A stretch of 64,000 bases of DNA from Perkinsela sp. CCAP 1560/9 (GCA_965644495.1 CBFFSA010000001.1:1116001-1180000), one strand, 5' to 3'; counted from the stretch's first letter, positions 46,499-57,601 are shown. Made by a program: numbers and translations. Notes: generated by a model not told the origin, from the letters alone.

Positions 46499-46758
46499 TC
46501 CGACACACCTACATTGCGCATATTGTCATAACCCTACTTCATCTTACAAACCTCAAAAATTTCATAATCCTCCTTTATTGTATAACCTTTATTGTATAAC
46601 CTTTATTGTATAACCTCAAAAAACCCTTTTCTTTATATCCTCACTTTTCCTCATCCCAAAACCCTTTCTGTATCCTCCATCCACCCTTTCCATCAAAAAC
46701 CAAAGACCACCTTTTCCTTCCCCTCTTCCTTACCCCCCTTTCCTTAACCCCCCTATCC

Positions 46759-47514
46759 ATGCTGCTCACCCCTCTCCTCCCCCTCGCCCTCCTCCTTCTC
46801 TCCCCCTCCCCTCACCCCCTCCTCACCACCCCCTCCGACGCCCCCCCTCCCCCCTCCCCCTCCCCCCGCCTCGGGAAACCCTCCCGCGCCCTCCTCCCCA
46901 CCCCCCAGCAGCAGCTCCAGCGCTTCTTCCAACACATCATCCGGGCGCAGTACGACCCGGTCGTGCAGACCCTCCTCACCGCGGGGGCCTTCGAGGACCC
47001 GCACCGGGGCCTCGAGAAGGTCAACCTCGAGCGCGCCGGGCTCCTCGGCAACCTCTCCTGGGCCCACCTCCCCCCCTCGGTGCTGTGGTTCCACGTGGGG
47101 TGGAACCGCCTGACGGGGGACGTGGACTGGGGCGCCCTCCCCCCCGGGCTGCGCTCCCTGCGGCTCTCCTACAACGCCTTCACGGGGGCCGTGGACCTCA
47201 CCGCGCTCCCCGCCCCGCTGCAGATGCTCGCGCTGTGCTCGAACCACTTCACGGGGGGGATCGAGGTCGGGGCGCTGCCCCCGAGGCTGGAGCATATCCT
47301 GCTGCAGGATAACGAGCTCTCGGGGGTGGTGGATATCCAGCGGCTGTCGCCGCGGCTGCGGTTGCTGGACCTGCGCCGGAATAAGGTGCTGGTGTGGCCG
47401 GATCAGGCCCCGGCGCGGGGGAGGGTGCGGGATAGTGAGAAAGGGTCGCTGGAACCGTACCTGGCGGGGATTATTGCGGCGCTAGGGGCGCTGGGGTTGT
47501 ACGAGATGTTGTGA
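46759..47514 (+). CDS. Leucine-rich repeat protein (short LRR family), GC-rich, with signal-like N-terminus and hydrophobic C-terminus
   Basis: MLLTPLLPLALLLL, RLGKPSRALLP motif, LRR units, YLAGIIAALGALGL tail. Confidence 0.85.
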   Translation: MLLTPLLPLALLLLSPSPHPLLTTPSDAPPPPSPSPRLGKPSRALLPTPQQQLQRFFQHIIRAQYDPVVQTLLTAGAFEDPHRGLEKVNLERAGLLGNLSWAHLPPSVLWFHVGWNRLTGDVDWGALPPGLRSLRLSYNAFTGAVDLTALPAPLQMLALCSNHFTGGIEVGALPPRLEHILLQDNELSGVVDIQRLSPRLRLLDLRRNKVLVWPDQAPARGRVRDSEKGSLEPYLAGIIAALGALGLYEML

Positions 47515-47876
47515 GAAAAGAGGTGGAGGGTTGGCTCAAGTAGGGAGTATTTTGAAAGAGTGGACGCAGAGTGTTGCCGGGTTGTACAATAGATGGGCGC
47601 TTGTTGTGTGGTGGGCACCACATGACTTCGTGTTTAGGTTCTTGTCCTGGACGCTACATGTCACCGCAACAGAAACCATAGATTTTTATTTGTTTTGTCC
47701 ATTCTATTGCATGCATATTAAAAAGGTGATCCTTTTCGCTCTACCTCCTTTCCCTATTTCGCACCTCTCACCTCCGTTACCCAAGCTTTACCTCATTCTT
47801 TCTTTTTTCCTCGATCTCTTCTCTCCCGCTTTAATTTAGTAAACCCTACTCTACATGACCCTCCCTCCTCCCTTCC

Positions 47877-48752
47877 ATGCTCTCCCCCACCGCCTCCCAC
47901 CGCCTCCGTCCCCGGTCCTGGGCCATCCGCCAGCACCACGACCCCCACGTCCGGGAGTCCGCGCGTCTCGGGTACCGCTGCCGTAGTGCGCTTAAGCTTT
48001 GTCAGCTCGATGACCGGTTTCATCTTCTATCGAAGGTTCACACGCACGGCGTGCTCGACCTGGGGTGTGCCCCGGGATCATGGCTGCAGGTCGTGCGCCA
48101 GCGTGTGGGAAGCCCATGCACCGTCGTCGGGATGGATTTGCGCCCCACGGAGCCTCTTCCGGTTGGTCCAGACGTAAGGAAGGAGAGAGAAAACGAGACC
48201 CTCCCGCCGGTGCTGCTGTTGCAAGGGGATTTCACAACAGAACTCGCACAGGAAAAGCTTCGCCGGTACTTTGTGCAACGCTCCGGGTTGGATGTGGTGT
48301 TGAGTGATATGTGCAGTCATCAACGTTCCGGGGTAGCGGTTCGGGATTTCACCTCGAGTGTGGCACTGAATTTGGAGGCGCTGAATTTTGCGGTAGCTAA
48401 CCTCTCTCGTGGGGGGCATTTCGTGTGTAAGCTGTTGGGCGGGGAGAGCTACACGTTGCCACTGGTACGTCGTGCGCGTGAGTGTTTTGAGATCTCACGT
48501 ACAACAAGCCCGGAGGCATGTAGGCAGTGTTCCGCGGAGTGTTATCTTGTTGCAATGTACCATCGAAATGGACCTGTTCGAACACACGAGAGGTCCGAAG
48601 TCGACGGTACTTTGGCGCCACAACCAAGGAAAGCGCAAGGACGTCACGCGTTGATTCAATCCTGTGGTACGATGGAGCGATTTGGGTTGGATACGTGGCC
48701 GGGGTTACTCTCCCGCAGAGGCACAAAAAACTCATATGATACCAGGTCCTAA
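47877..48752 (+). CDS. FtsJ/RrmJ-family rRNA 2'-O-methyltransferase (MRM2-like)
   Basis: YRCRSALKL, VLDLGCAPGSWLQV, GDFT, DVVLSDM, GGHFVCK, SAECY give the K-D-K-E tetrad. Confidence 0.9.
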   Translation: MLSPTASHRLRPRSWAIRQHHDPHVRESARLGYRCRSALKLCQLDDRFHLLSKVHTHGVLDLGCAPGSWLQVVRQRVGSPCTVVGMDLRPTEPLPVGPDVRKERENETLPPVLLLQGDFTTELAQEKLRRYFVQRSGLDVVLSDMCSHQRSGVAVRDFTSSVALNLEALNFAVANLSRGGHFVCKLLGGESYTLPLVRRARECFEISRTTSPEACRQCSAECYLVAMYHRNGPVRTHERSEVDGTLAPQPRKAQGRHALIQSCGTMERFGLDTWPGLLSRRGTKNSYDTRS

Positions 48753-49021
48753 CATTACGCCAGGTCTTAAATATCTGGTGTCAAACCCATCGCACTTTCA
48801 GTGTTGATGCCATGGGCTCTGCTATGGTTATTAAAAACGGTTCTCGGGTTTTACAGCATTAAGTTATTCAGTGCATGGGAATAATTTAATTCATGGGATC
48901 CTTAGTCCAAAGAATAATACATACAGGAAACTTTTTTCAATAAAAAGGAGTTTATTCTCTTCTACGCACACAATATCGCTTTTATGGTCTAGAATTGATA
49001 TCATCGAATTATTGAACTCTC

Positions 49022-50329
49022 ATGATCATTGAGTGCTTGGATTACACTGAGGGAAACGTGACGCGTTGTTCTCAAGCTTTGCAGGAGGGTAAACTTGTTG
49101 CCTTTCCTACAGAAACGGTGTACGGATTAGGTGCCAACGCATTAGATGCATCAGCTAGTAAAAAGATTTTTGCTCTCAAGGGTCGACCGCCAACTGATCC
49201 ACTAATAGTCCACGTCTCCGATTTATCTCTTGCCCTACCGCTGTGGGATTTACCTTCCTCAAACGTGTTCCCTCGTTTGCCGTCGTCTTGTGTTAATGTC
49301 ATCAATGCCTTGGCCAAAACTTTTTGGCCGGGCCCCCTTACTATAGTCCATCCTGCAGCTGCACACGTCCCCAATGTAGTATGCGGCATTCCATCTCCTA
49401 ACCGGGCATCTAGCCAATCGACTCAAATGTCTCGTTCTCAGATCAGAACGGTGGGAGTTCGTGTGCCATCCAACATGGCTGCGCTACGATTGCTTCAGCA
49501 GAGTAAACTTCCCATCGCGGCCCCAAGTGCAAATAGGTTCGGTCATGTGTCTCCCACCACTGCGGCACATGTGGCTTCAGATTTCGAGGATTATGAGAAA
49601 GACTTGAGCCTGTTTTCCGGACATGAATCGCTGTTAATTATAAACGGGGGTGCGCAAGCAAATCCCTCTGTTGGAATTGAATCCACTGTTGTACGCGTGC
49701 ATCCAGAAGACACTCCGGATACGACGAATCTCACACACAACTGTAAGTACATTGAAATTTTACGAAGAGGAAAAGTGACATTTAGCAATTTACGCCGATG
49801 TCTTGATGATCACAGTCTTGCAGATATTGCTATTGCCGTTCGGGAAGCACACTATGAAAGTAGCCGAACCATGACCCTGGATGCACCAGGTCAGCTCCTT
49901 ACACACTATGCCCCGCGCATACCCGCTTATCTTCTTTCTTTAAATGAACTAAATAAAGTGAGATGCGAGCAGCAAAAGGGTCTTGAGAAACTAGGTTTTC
50001 AAATACGTGTGGTCCCCGATCTGAAGAGCGATTCTTTTTTGGCATTGTCTATTGAAGATTGTGTTCTCATTGACTACGGGGCACATTTCATTTCACTTCG
50101 CGCTCACGCCAAACAATACTTTGAACTGGCTGTGAATGAGAACGAAGAGGATGCAGCGAGATCCTTATATGCATTTATGCGAATGGCAGAAAATGTCCCC
50201 TGCGCCAAGGCAATTCTTCTTCCGATCGTACATCAAAAAGAAGATTGTCTTGATAATATAGTAGCTGCAGTTTCCGACCGCATATTTCGCGCTGCCTCTG
50301 GAATATCATGCTCTATTCAGTGTAAGTAA
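49022..50329 (+). CDS. SUA5: Threonylcarbamoyl-AMP synthase Sua5/YrdC
   Basis: VAFPTETVYGLGANA, KGRP..DPLIVH, FWPGPLT, AAPSANRFG, APGQLLTHYAP linker. Confidence 0.93.
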   Translation: MIIECLDYTEGNVTRCSQALQEGKLVAFPTETVYGLGANALDASASKKIFALKGRPPTDPLIVHVSDLSLALPLWDLPSSNVFPRLPSSCVNVINALAKTFWPGPLTIVHPAAAHVPNVVCGIPSPNRASSQSTQMSRSQIRTVGVRVPSNMAALRLLQQSKLPIAAPSANRFGHVSPTTAAHVASDFEDYEKDLSLFSGHESLLIINGGAQANPSVGIESTVVRVHPEDTPDTTNLTHNCKYIEILRRGKVTFSNLRRCLDDHSLADIAIAVREAHYESSRTMTLDAPGQLLTHYAPRIPAYLLSLNELNKVRCEQQKGLEKLGFQIRVVPDLKSDSFLALSIEDCVLIDYGAHFISLRAHAKQYFELAVNENEEDAARSLYAFMRMAENVPCAKAILLPIVHQKEDCLDNIVAAVSDRIFRAASGISCSIQCK

Positions 50330-50618
50330 ACAAATCAGCACAAGAGCGACAGTACCATTTGGTGAACGTTGGGCTGTCACTTTTCTCCATACGGAATACA
50401 CTAGATCTTACACGTAAAATTACAGCAACCTCTTAGAATAAAAATAAGTACACCAGTAATTTTTGAAAAATACTTCAACTTGCGATCTCGCAACTTCATT
50501 GTTTACGCATTCCTTCATAAATTTGATATAGTAATATACAGACCTTTTATTTAGACCTTTTATTTACTTCATTAGCTTCTTACCCCTGAAGATTCGGATC
50601 AAAGCAACGCTCTAGTCG

Positions 50619-51350
50619 ATGGACGTAAATATACGAAAGGGTAGAGTTCGGGGATCCCAGCTCCCTCCAGAATTCCAATTAGGGGTTTTCATTGAGTCGA
50701 TAGAAAACCCAAGGGCAACATGGAACACTCACACTCCGGCTTGTGACTGGGAGGGTGTGCATTGCGATGATGATTCAGGAAAAGAAGTCCGGTTCATTCT
50801 CTGGGAAAGCAAAAACTTACGTGGCAGTCTAGATCTGGAGCGATCTCCGCTGTCCGTCAAGCAACTTATTCTTGGAGATAATAGTCTGACCGGATCCATT
50901 AATCTCGACGAGTTGCCTCCAGAGTTACACACACTTCGCTTTAACACTAATAAGCTACACGGTTCGTTGGGCCTTACGAATCTTCCGCCTTCTTTGGCAG
51001 TTCTGTGGCTGTCCAGAAATAAATTCTCCGGGATTATAGACTTGGATCGTCTTTCTCCCTCCATGGAGGATTTTTCCGTGCACACAAATGAGCTAGAAGG
51101 TTCATTGAACCTGACTACGCTTCCGAGTGCTCTGCTTTGCGTGTCTGTGAGCAACAACTTCTTTTCGGGAAGCCTAGACTTGACTAAACTCCCAAACGAG
51201 GTCCAGTACCTCTTTCTTCAAGCCAATCAATTTTCTGGATTTTGCGATTTTCGTTATCTTCCGAAGTCCATAAAGCATATTGATCTCACGAAAAATAGAA
51301 TATTCGATTATCTACCAAAGCCATTACCTGGTTCGGTACGCATCGATTGA
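50619..51350 (+). CDS. Leucine-rich repeat protein (short LRR family)
   Basis: RKGRVRGSQLP motif, CDWEGVHC cap, LRR units. Confidence 0.9.
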   Translation: MDVNIRKGRVRGSQLPPEFQLGVFIESIENPRATWNTHTPACDWEGVHCDDDSGKEVRFILWESKNLRGSLDLERSPLSVKQLILGDNSLTGSINLDELPPELHTLRFNTNKLHGSLGLTNLPPSLAVLWLSRNKFSGIIDLDRLSPSMEDFSVHTNELEGSLNLTTLPSALLCVSVSNNFFSGSLDLTKLPNEVQYLFLQANQFSGFCDFRYLPKSIKHIDLTKNRIFDYLPKPLPGSVRID

Positions 51351-51800
51351 TTTATCTTTACGTTTTTTAGGTAATTTTGTGAATTAAAATTCTTTCATAT
51401 CATTTATGCATGTGTGCGGATATTCAAACGTTACAAATCTTTAAACAACTGGGCTTCCTGTTACTCAGCAAAATATGTTACATAAAAACAAAAAACTAAT
51501 GACAGTTTCATAATGAAACTTTCATTCGCATTTCTTTCTTCAGGAAGAAAACTTATTTTTAAAAATACTTTAAAAATATTTTTGTATACATTTTACATTA
51601 ACATTATAAAATATTATATTATTATTATATTTTCTATATATTTTGATAAAATCTACATTATCATAGACATCAATAATATCTCAGGGAGCGTGTAAAGCTT
51701 TTTTCAGTGAAGTAACTTGAACGTTATTTTATGATTTTTTGCAAGCTCTTCTCTTTTCTGTCGATGCATCTCTTCTTCCTCAAGAAGTTGCGCTACGGCA

Positions 51801-52298
51801 TAAAGATACAGTTTCTGTACCTTGTTGGTACATTTTGCTAGCCCTTCCTTTCTTTTCCCGGAAACGGGCATACATTTTCCCTTTAAATACCCGTTTCCGG
51901 CTGACGGGTAGCAGGGACTGTCCCTCTTTGTCGTGGAAGTAGGGGACGTACTTCCGACTTTTCACCCCTCCCCGGCTCACTCCTTGAGTGAGTTTTCTTC
52001 CCTCACCGGCTCTCTTCTTCTCGTGCCTGTCTTTTCCCCGGAGCTATGCGCCATGGTGGCCTCCCTTGAGCACCACTGGGCGTGACTCTGCCTCGTCTTA
52101 TCGCGAGGCAGCGGTCGGTTGCAGTGCGCCCCTCCGGATGCGTAAAGAGAGGGCGAGTTGCTTGGACCCCCTCTACCGACAGAGTCCGCGTCGAACCCCT
52201 TTTGGCGACATCCGTTGTGGGCGGATTATGTGCCGATGATATCGGCCACCGCATGAAGGGGATTGTCTCTGCGCCAACGAGCGCATGATCAACACACA
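51801..52298 (+). mobile_element. Spliced-leader-headed structured element, copy 1
   Basis: GATACAGTTTCTGTACCTTGTTG|GTAC head, hairpin series, (AC)n tail; interrupts the LRR pseudogene; first ~280 bp match the reverse of 61180-61452. Confidence 0.7.
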
Positions 52299-52849
52299 CA
52301 CGGAAAAGTTGAAGAGTCGCCACCTAACATGACGATTGACAAAACGTAGCTCCTTTCGCACTTTGAGCGTCTCGCCTTGCACGTGGAAGGGAACAAGATG
52401 TGATTCGAATCGAACAGCATGTTATTTGACGCATGCTAGACTGGGATTTTCTATCTCACTATAACAAAGGAAGGTACTCTTTCCTGTGTTCATTTTCCTC
52501 AAACCGTACAAGGTTTAAATGTTGCTGGTCAAAAGCTCGGAGGTGGTACTGATCTTACGTTTCTCCCCTCGGAGTTGCAAAATTTGGATATCCGAAGGAA
52601 CCATCTAGATGGGCCCATTGTGTTGAGCTCACTTCGTAAATATTCGAAGTGAAGATCCTTTTTCAACTGTTTCAATGGCAATCTTTCGTAAATAACTCGG
52701 TGTACTGCGCATAAGTAATGTAGTAAATAGAGCAACTTGGTTTTATTCTCCTATTATAGATCCTATTATAGACTGTAGATCCTATTATAGATCTTTGTTA
52801 CACAGTACACCGAGTTATTGATGGTAGCGGGTGGGTTTGGGTAGACTTT

Positions 52850-53340
52850 GGGGAGGAGATGTCGGAGCGAAACATACAAGGTATGCTCAACTATGGTGGC
52901 GGCTCCATCATGATATGGGGTTGCATGATGGAGCACGGTGTGGGAACCACTGAGCTGGTTCACGGGAATATGAACGCAGAGCAGTACGCTCAAATACTGC
53001 AGCAAAATTTGCCCCTTCCGTACAAAAGCTGGGTGTCGCGAAGGATCGGATCGTCTTCCAACAGAATAACGCTCCGAAGCACACGAGTAAGAAGGCTCGC
53101 GATTTTATTAATTCGCAGGAGCTGTGTGTGCTTGACTGGCCCCCTCAGTCTCCCGACTTAAACACCATAGAAAACCTATGGGTTGAACTGAAAAAGGCAA
53201 AGGCAGATTACCCCGACCCCCCCCGCAGGAACGTGCCCAAAAAGCATGGGCGAAAGTTCCTCCAAGTGCATGCCTCCCTCTTGTCCAAAGCATGTCCCGT
53301 CGTTTGAGGGTAGTTATCAGAGCGGTGGGGGACTTACTAA
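52850..53340 (+). pseudogene. Degenerate Tc1 transposase C-terminal half
   Basis: GGGSIMIWGCM, FQQDNAPKH, WPPQSPDLNTIENLW, GGLTK across frameshifts. Confidence 0.85.
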
Positions 53341-53545
53341 GAGGGGTGAAACCTGCAGAAACGTCAGTTGGGCGAACACGCTACTCCTAAGCCATTTCAG
53401 TGGGAAAAAATACTTAGTCAAATTTGAGATTTGTATTGCAAATTCCATGACCTCCCAAAAAATTACGTAAAGTACATGATTTTAAAATTGGGCAAAAACT
53501 ATCAAAACCACGACATACAGTACACGTATATTTTATCTTTACTAA

Positions 53546-54650
53546 TTTAGAGTGCTTTGGTCTAATCGAAACTCTTTTACCAGAGCAGAATGCTTCTTTC
53601 TTCGTTCTTGCTTTTTCATTTTCAAATCCTGCTTTCGCCTTTCCTGCAAACTTTCATTTTTCTCTTTCAATTGCTTTTTACTTAATTTTACATACGTCTT
53701 AGGGGCTTCTTTACACTTCGATGAACACTTTCCAACAGTTTCAATTCCTTTGATTTGAAGCTCTTGTGTTACCTGAGTTCTGTAGTTCTTAATAGAGAGA
53801 GAGTCATTCGCATCCCCCTTATGAAACTTGCAGAAACAATCCTCGCGAGATGCCCATTCTTGTACATAGGGTGATCGACATCAAGGAGTGTCAACGAAGT
53901 TAAATAAGTTGCCGAGGGCGAATACGCCAGTCGACGCACTCACTGTTCCACAGAAGTCCGAATGCCGACTTCAGAAATTCTTTGCTATGCTGATTGTAGT
54001 GGAGCAGTTTGTGCTTGTCTAAATGCCCAAAAACCCGTTCTACTCGGTTTCTCACACGTCGAAAATCTATGTCAAATACATGTAGATCATCGAGGGAAGA
54101 ACCTGTTTCTTGGCAAAGACAGTGGCGCACAGATCGGTAAGCTTTGTCTGCAATCACCATTTCATCCACCTTGTGGGTCCATCCATAAATATCGGACCCA
54201 GCCAAGTATTCACTGTCGTGCATGCTACCTTCAAAGGGCCCACTCCACGCTAAGGGACAGCCGTCGATCATGATGAAGACCTGAAAAGTCCAGTATTTTG
54301 TGGCGTTCTTTCCGTTATACAGACTTTGCGGGCCCCTGCTGAAGACGGGAAGTCCATCGACAATTGAAGTACACATAAAATAGTTCTCTTCACGCACTCG
54401 AAATCTTCTTTCAACATCAGCCATGTTTCCTACGTTGTTGGAGGCAGCAAGAACAGGTTCCATAATCGACTTTCTAAACCATGCAGGAGAAAAAAGTCGA
54501 TTGCCAATGTAAGGATAAAGAACAGTACAAGCCTGTTCGAAAGTTAAATTCATGTGCAACATTGAAATAGCGCAAAAAACTTGAACGTTGGAGCAATTAA
54601 ACGTCTGTGAAAGGTACTGAACAATGTCGGGGTTGTATCCGGTGAAAGCG
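53546..54650 (-). pseudogene. Harbinger (DDE_Tnp_4-like) transposase, 5'-disrupted, with frameshifted basic coiled-coil tail
   Basis: SIVDG, GSMHD, VIADKAY, RNRVERVFGHL; Lys/Glu-rich tail at about 53546-53850. Confidence 0.8.
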
Positions 54651-56741
54651 TATAGCACGTTATTATTATATAGCACGTTTCAATCTCATTGCCGATTTAA
54701 AAACGTCTATCATAAGCATGTACGCAAGTATCGTGAGGGCGTGGAGCGAGCTCGCTTGGCGACTGCGCAGGTTTCGTTTATTCAGAGAGCGGCCGTTCAA
54801 AGATTCACTGGGAAGGTGCTCCCATGTCTACAAACCCTAACAAACCTTCCGTCGAGTAAATTCGTTTGGCTGATTCGCAAGTATGAGGATCTCCGCCCCG
54901 ACCTTCCACCGAATGTTATCAAAGAGGCTATTCCGGAAACAAATTTGAAGAAGTGGCATCAACACTGTGAAATTTTAGCCCACGAAGTCTGGGAGAAGCT
55001 TTGCGCTGCCATTGACTTACACATGGTGTACGGAATTGCCGTTGATGCAGGAATCGACCGAGCAAAGTCTGAGCACATTTTATTGTCCGTCTTATATGTA
55101 GGCCCTGAAGAATACGTCTTACCTCCCATTTATTCTCCTAGTCATCGTGCTTTTGATGGAAAAACAGTAGCCGAACAACTAGTGTTTACTCTTCAGGCGA
55201 ATCTTGGTGAGCACCGACTTTTAAAGCTAAAATTCATGATCGCGGACGGAAGTTCTGTGAATCACGTGGCACGTAACAATTGCGAAGGAGCTCTCAAACG
55301 CATATATGACCAAATTTCCCCGATTGGGGAGAGTGACACTGCAGCACTTCAGCAAGGCATATCTTCTCGTGTCCCTTCGATAATACTCCTGTCTTGCATA
55401 GGTCATATGCTGAATAACATTTGCCAAACGACCTTGAAGCCCTACGAAGAGTCACCGTGCTTTCTTTTCAAAAAAGCGTTCAGTCAGTCCTTTTATTCAG
55501 GAGGACGAGCGAGTGCAGCAAAAGGGAAATACAAGGGAGTTGCTCTGGATCTCGCTCTGGCTCGCTTCGATCAGGGAGTTCTGAAGGCGGAAGAAACCTT
55601 CCGTCAATCGTACCATGGCCTTGGGGAGGATGCCCCAGTTTTCTGCCGTCAACAACTACAATCTACTCTAATCGGATGCCTCGAAAAGCTGAAGGAGGTA
55701 TCTCCGGACATGTCCAATTCTCTAATTGCCACACTGTCATGCAATGTCACGTCATGGTACGAGAAGCATCGCCAGCTTCTTGCTCAGGGACCGAAATTGA
55801 TTAGTGCTTTGCAAGTAGCGCGTGAAACTGAGGGTGTCGAAACTCCGAAGCTCGGAGGTGTGACGCGCTGGTGTCAGGATAAGTTTACATGTATGCAATT
55901 TTTGGCGAAGAATATGGACACAGTATCGGCATTTGTGTACAGCGAAAGTGAAAAGGCACGGGCGTCAAAGTCCATTATTAAGTGTAAGCGTTTGCTGGAC
56001 CGGTACGGAGCTTTGGAAATTAAAGCAAGCTGCTTTACATTTCTTGAACAATGCAGCGTTTTGCATTCAGCATTGAACAAATTTTCAGACATGTTGGGGA
56101 AACCGATGGCAACTCATGTCGGAACTACGCTGCAGCTCTTGTTCGAACATAGCGAAAGTGACAAAGCGCCCTCGCGAATGCGAGAAGCACTTCTTTATCA
56201 CAAGACTCGTCTACAAAAAAATCATAATATGCGCTTTTGGAACGATGTTCTCTGGTTCCGTCCCGGATGGATCGTTCAGTTCGCTCGTCCTTGTGGTCTT
56301 CTCCCCATCTCGGTAGCTCGAGCAAATAATGTTTTTGACAAAAATGCGGACGGTCCGTCGGCCGAGCAGCCGATCTTTCGTATTTCATCCGATGAGTGGG
56401 AAAAATACTTAGCATGCCTCGATTTCAGTTGGGATCCGTCTAAGTTCAGCAACGAGTACGAATGGTGGTGTGGTCCTGGGTGTGAAATGTTCCCAGCGAT
56501 TTACGAAGCTGCCGTACACTACGTTTGGACGCCACCCCTGGTCAACAAGTGCGACTCCTGGCTTTCCGTGCTTGGATATATGTATAGCTCACGCCAGGCC
56601 TCCCTTACTCCCGATGTTGTATCGCACCAGATATTCGTGCGAGGAAATTGCGACAAGCTAGGATATATGACTCAAGGTGATTCTGATTCGCTGGAAAATG
56701 ATAGTGAGCTTGAATCATTGTCAGATACAGAACATAACTGA
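54624..56741 (+). CDS. hAT-like transposase, open for 705 codons, probably 5'-truncated
   Basis: IAVDAG, MIADGSSVN, CIGH (CxxH), TRW, WW...FPAI...PPLVNKCDSWLS dimerization-like region; GGGTAA/TTACCC subterminal repeats at 57060-57132. Confidence 0.75.
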   Translation: MSGLYPVKAYSTLLLYSTFQSHCRFKNVYHKHVRKYREGVERARLATAQVSFIQRAAVQRFTGKVLPCLQTLTNLPSSKFVWLIRKYEDLRPDLPPNVIKEAIPETNLKKWHQHCEILAHEVWEKLCAAIDLHMVYGIAVDAGIDRAKSEHILLSVLYVGPEEYVLPPIYSPSHRAFDGKTVAEQLVFTLQANLGEHRLLKLKFMIADGSSVNHVARNNCEGALKRIYDQISPIGESDTAALQQGISSRVPSIILLSCIGHMLNNICQTTLKPYEESPCFLFKKAFSQSFYSGGRASAAKGKYKGVALDLALARFDQGVLKAEETFRQSYHGLGEDAPVFCRQQLQSTLIGCLEKLKEVSPDMSNSLIATLSCNVTSWYEKHRQLLAQGPKLISALQVARETEGVETPKLGGVTRWCQDKFTCMQFLAKNMDTVSAFVYSESEKARASKSIIKCKRLLDRYGALEIKASCFTFLEQCSVLHSALNKFSDMLGKPMATHVGTTLQLLFEHSESDKAPSRMREALLYHKTRLQKNHNMRFWNDVLWFRPGWIVQFARPCGLLPISVARANNVFDKNADGPSAEQPIFRISSDEWEKYLACLDFSWDPSKFSNEYEWWCGPGCEMFPAIYEAAVHYVWTPPLVNKCDSWLSVLGYMYSSRQASLTPDVVSHQIFVRGNCDKLGYMTQGDSDSLENDSELESLSDTEHN

Positions 56742-57117
56742 CTTAACATTATGTGGATTGTACGCAGTAGTTGTATTTGATTTTAGTACAGTGATTACTA
56801 TACAGTATAGTATTAGTACTGTATGAAGCGGGGATTAGCCCGCCAGGTCAAGAAAAAAATTAAAAAAAATTAAAAAAATTAAAAAAAATTGTTTGGTTTA
56901 GGGGATAGGAAAGGGGGGAAACCGAATGAAAGACGGATTTTTCCTTCTATGGATTGAGATACTGTTTCTGTAGCGACAACTTGCTCAGCAAAGTTGGCAC
57001 AGTCATCGAGCTTTATTCTAGTACGGGATCGTATGGTTGGTTGGTAAATCTGGGTGAAAGCGGGTAAATGGGTCAATGACCCGGGTAAATTACCCGCGTT
57101 TACCACCACGTGGGTAA

Positions 57118-57601
57118 TTACCCATTTACCCGGCAGGGAAATGATTTCCCGCACGAGCTTTTCCACTGCCAATAAGCTGGCATTTCTTCTTCCTTTACCC
57201 CGTTGAGCATTGAGCGCTCAGCATCATTGAAGAACAATAATCCCGTATCACGAGATTGAGTTAACAAGACCAGAGCTTCCAATAATATACGCTCGTCGAT
57301 GGGCACTCCACACAAAGAACGCGTCACACCAGTATGCGCCATGTCTTGAACAAGATTCTATACGATCTGGGAGATCCGCAGGTGGCATACGCTTCTCAGC
57401 ATATTTTATGCTATTTTTTTCGGCCGCGCTCAGTCCCGCAAATTTGATATCCACTATTTCCTTACGGGTTAGTGGTATCAAGAAGGTTTCTTTCATCTGG
57501 TGGCGCACCCACTTACGAAGGCGTTCATAAGTGTCCGAGGAAGGATTTCCGTAGACGTCTTCGATGTAAACGTTTTGATCGGGGGGCAAATCGTGTTCCA
57601 T
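57118..57601 (-). pseudogene. Frameshifted ORF inside the Harbinger right arm (candidate second, accessory ORF)
   Basis: Two overlapping - strand ORFs (117 aa and 74 aa) co-oriented with the Harbinger transposase; no domain recognised. Confidence 0.35.

Noticed and set aside
46575-46616. Short tandem duplications (TTTATTGTATAACC x3; also 44403, 50541, 56852)
   Set aside because: Ordinary slippage repeats with no sign of function.
52134-52146. CCGGATGCGTAA shared with 61051, reminiscent of enterobacterial REP sequences
   Set aside because: Only 12 bp and in opposite orientation relative to the two element copies; cannot be distinguished from chance.
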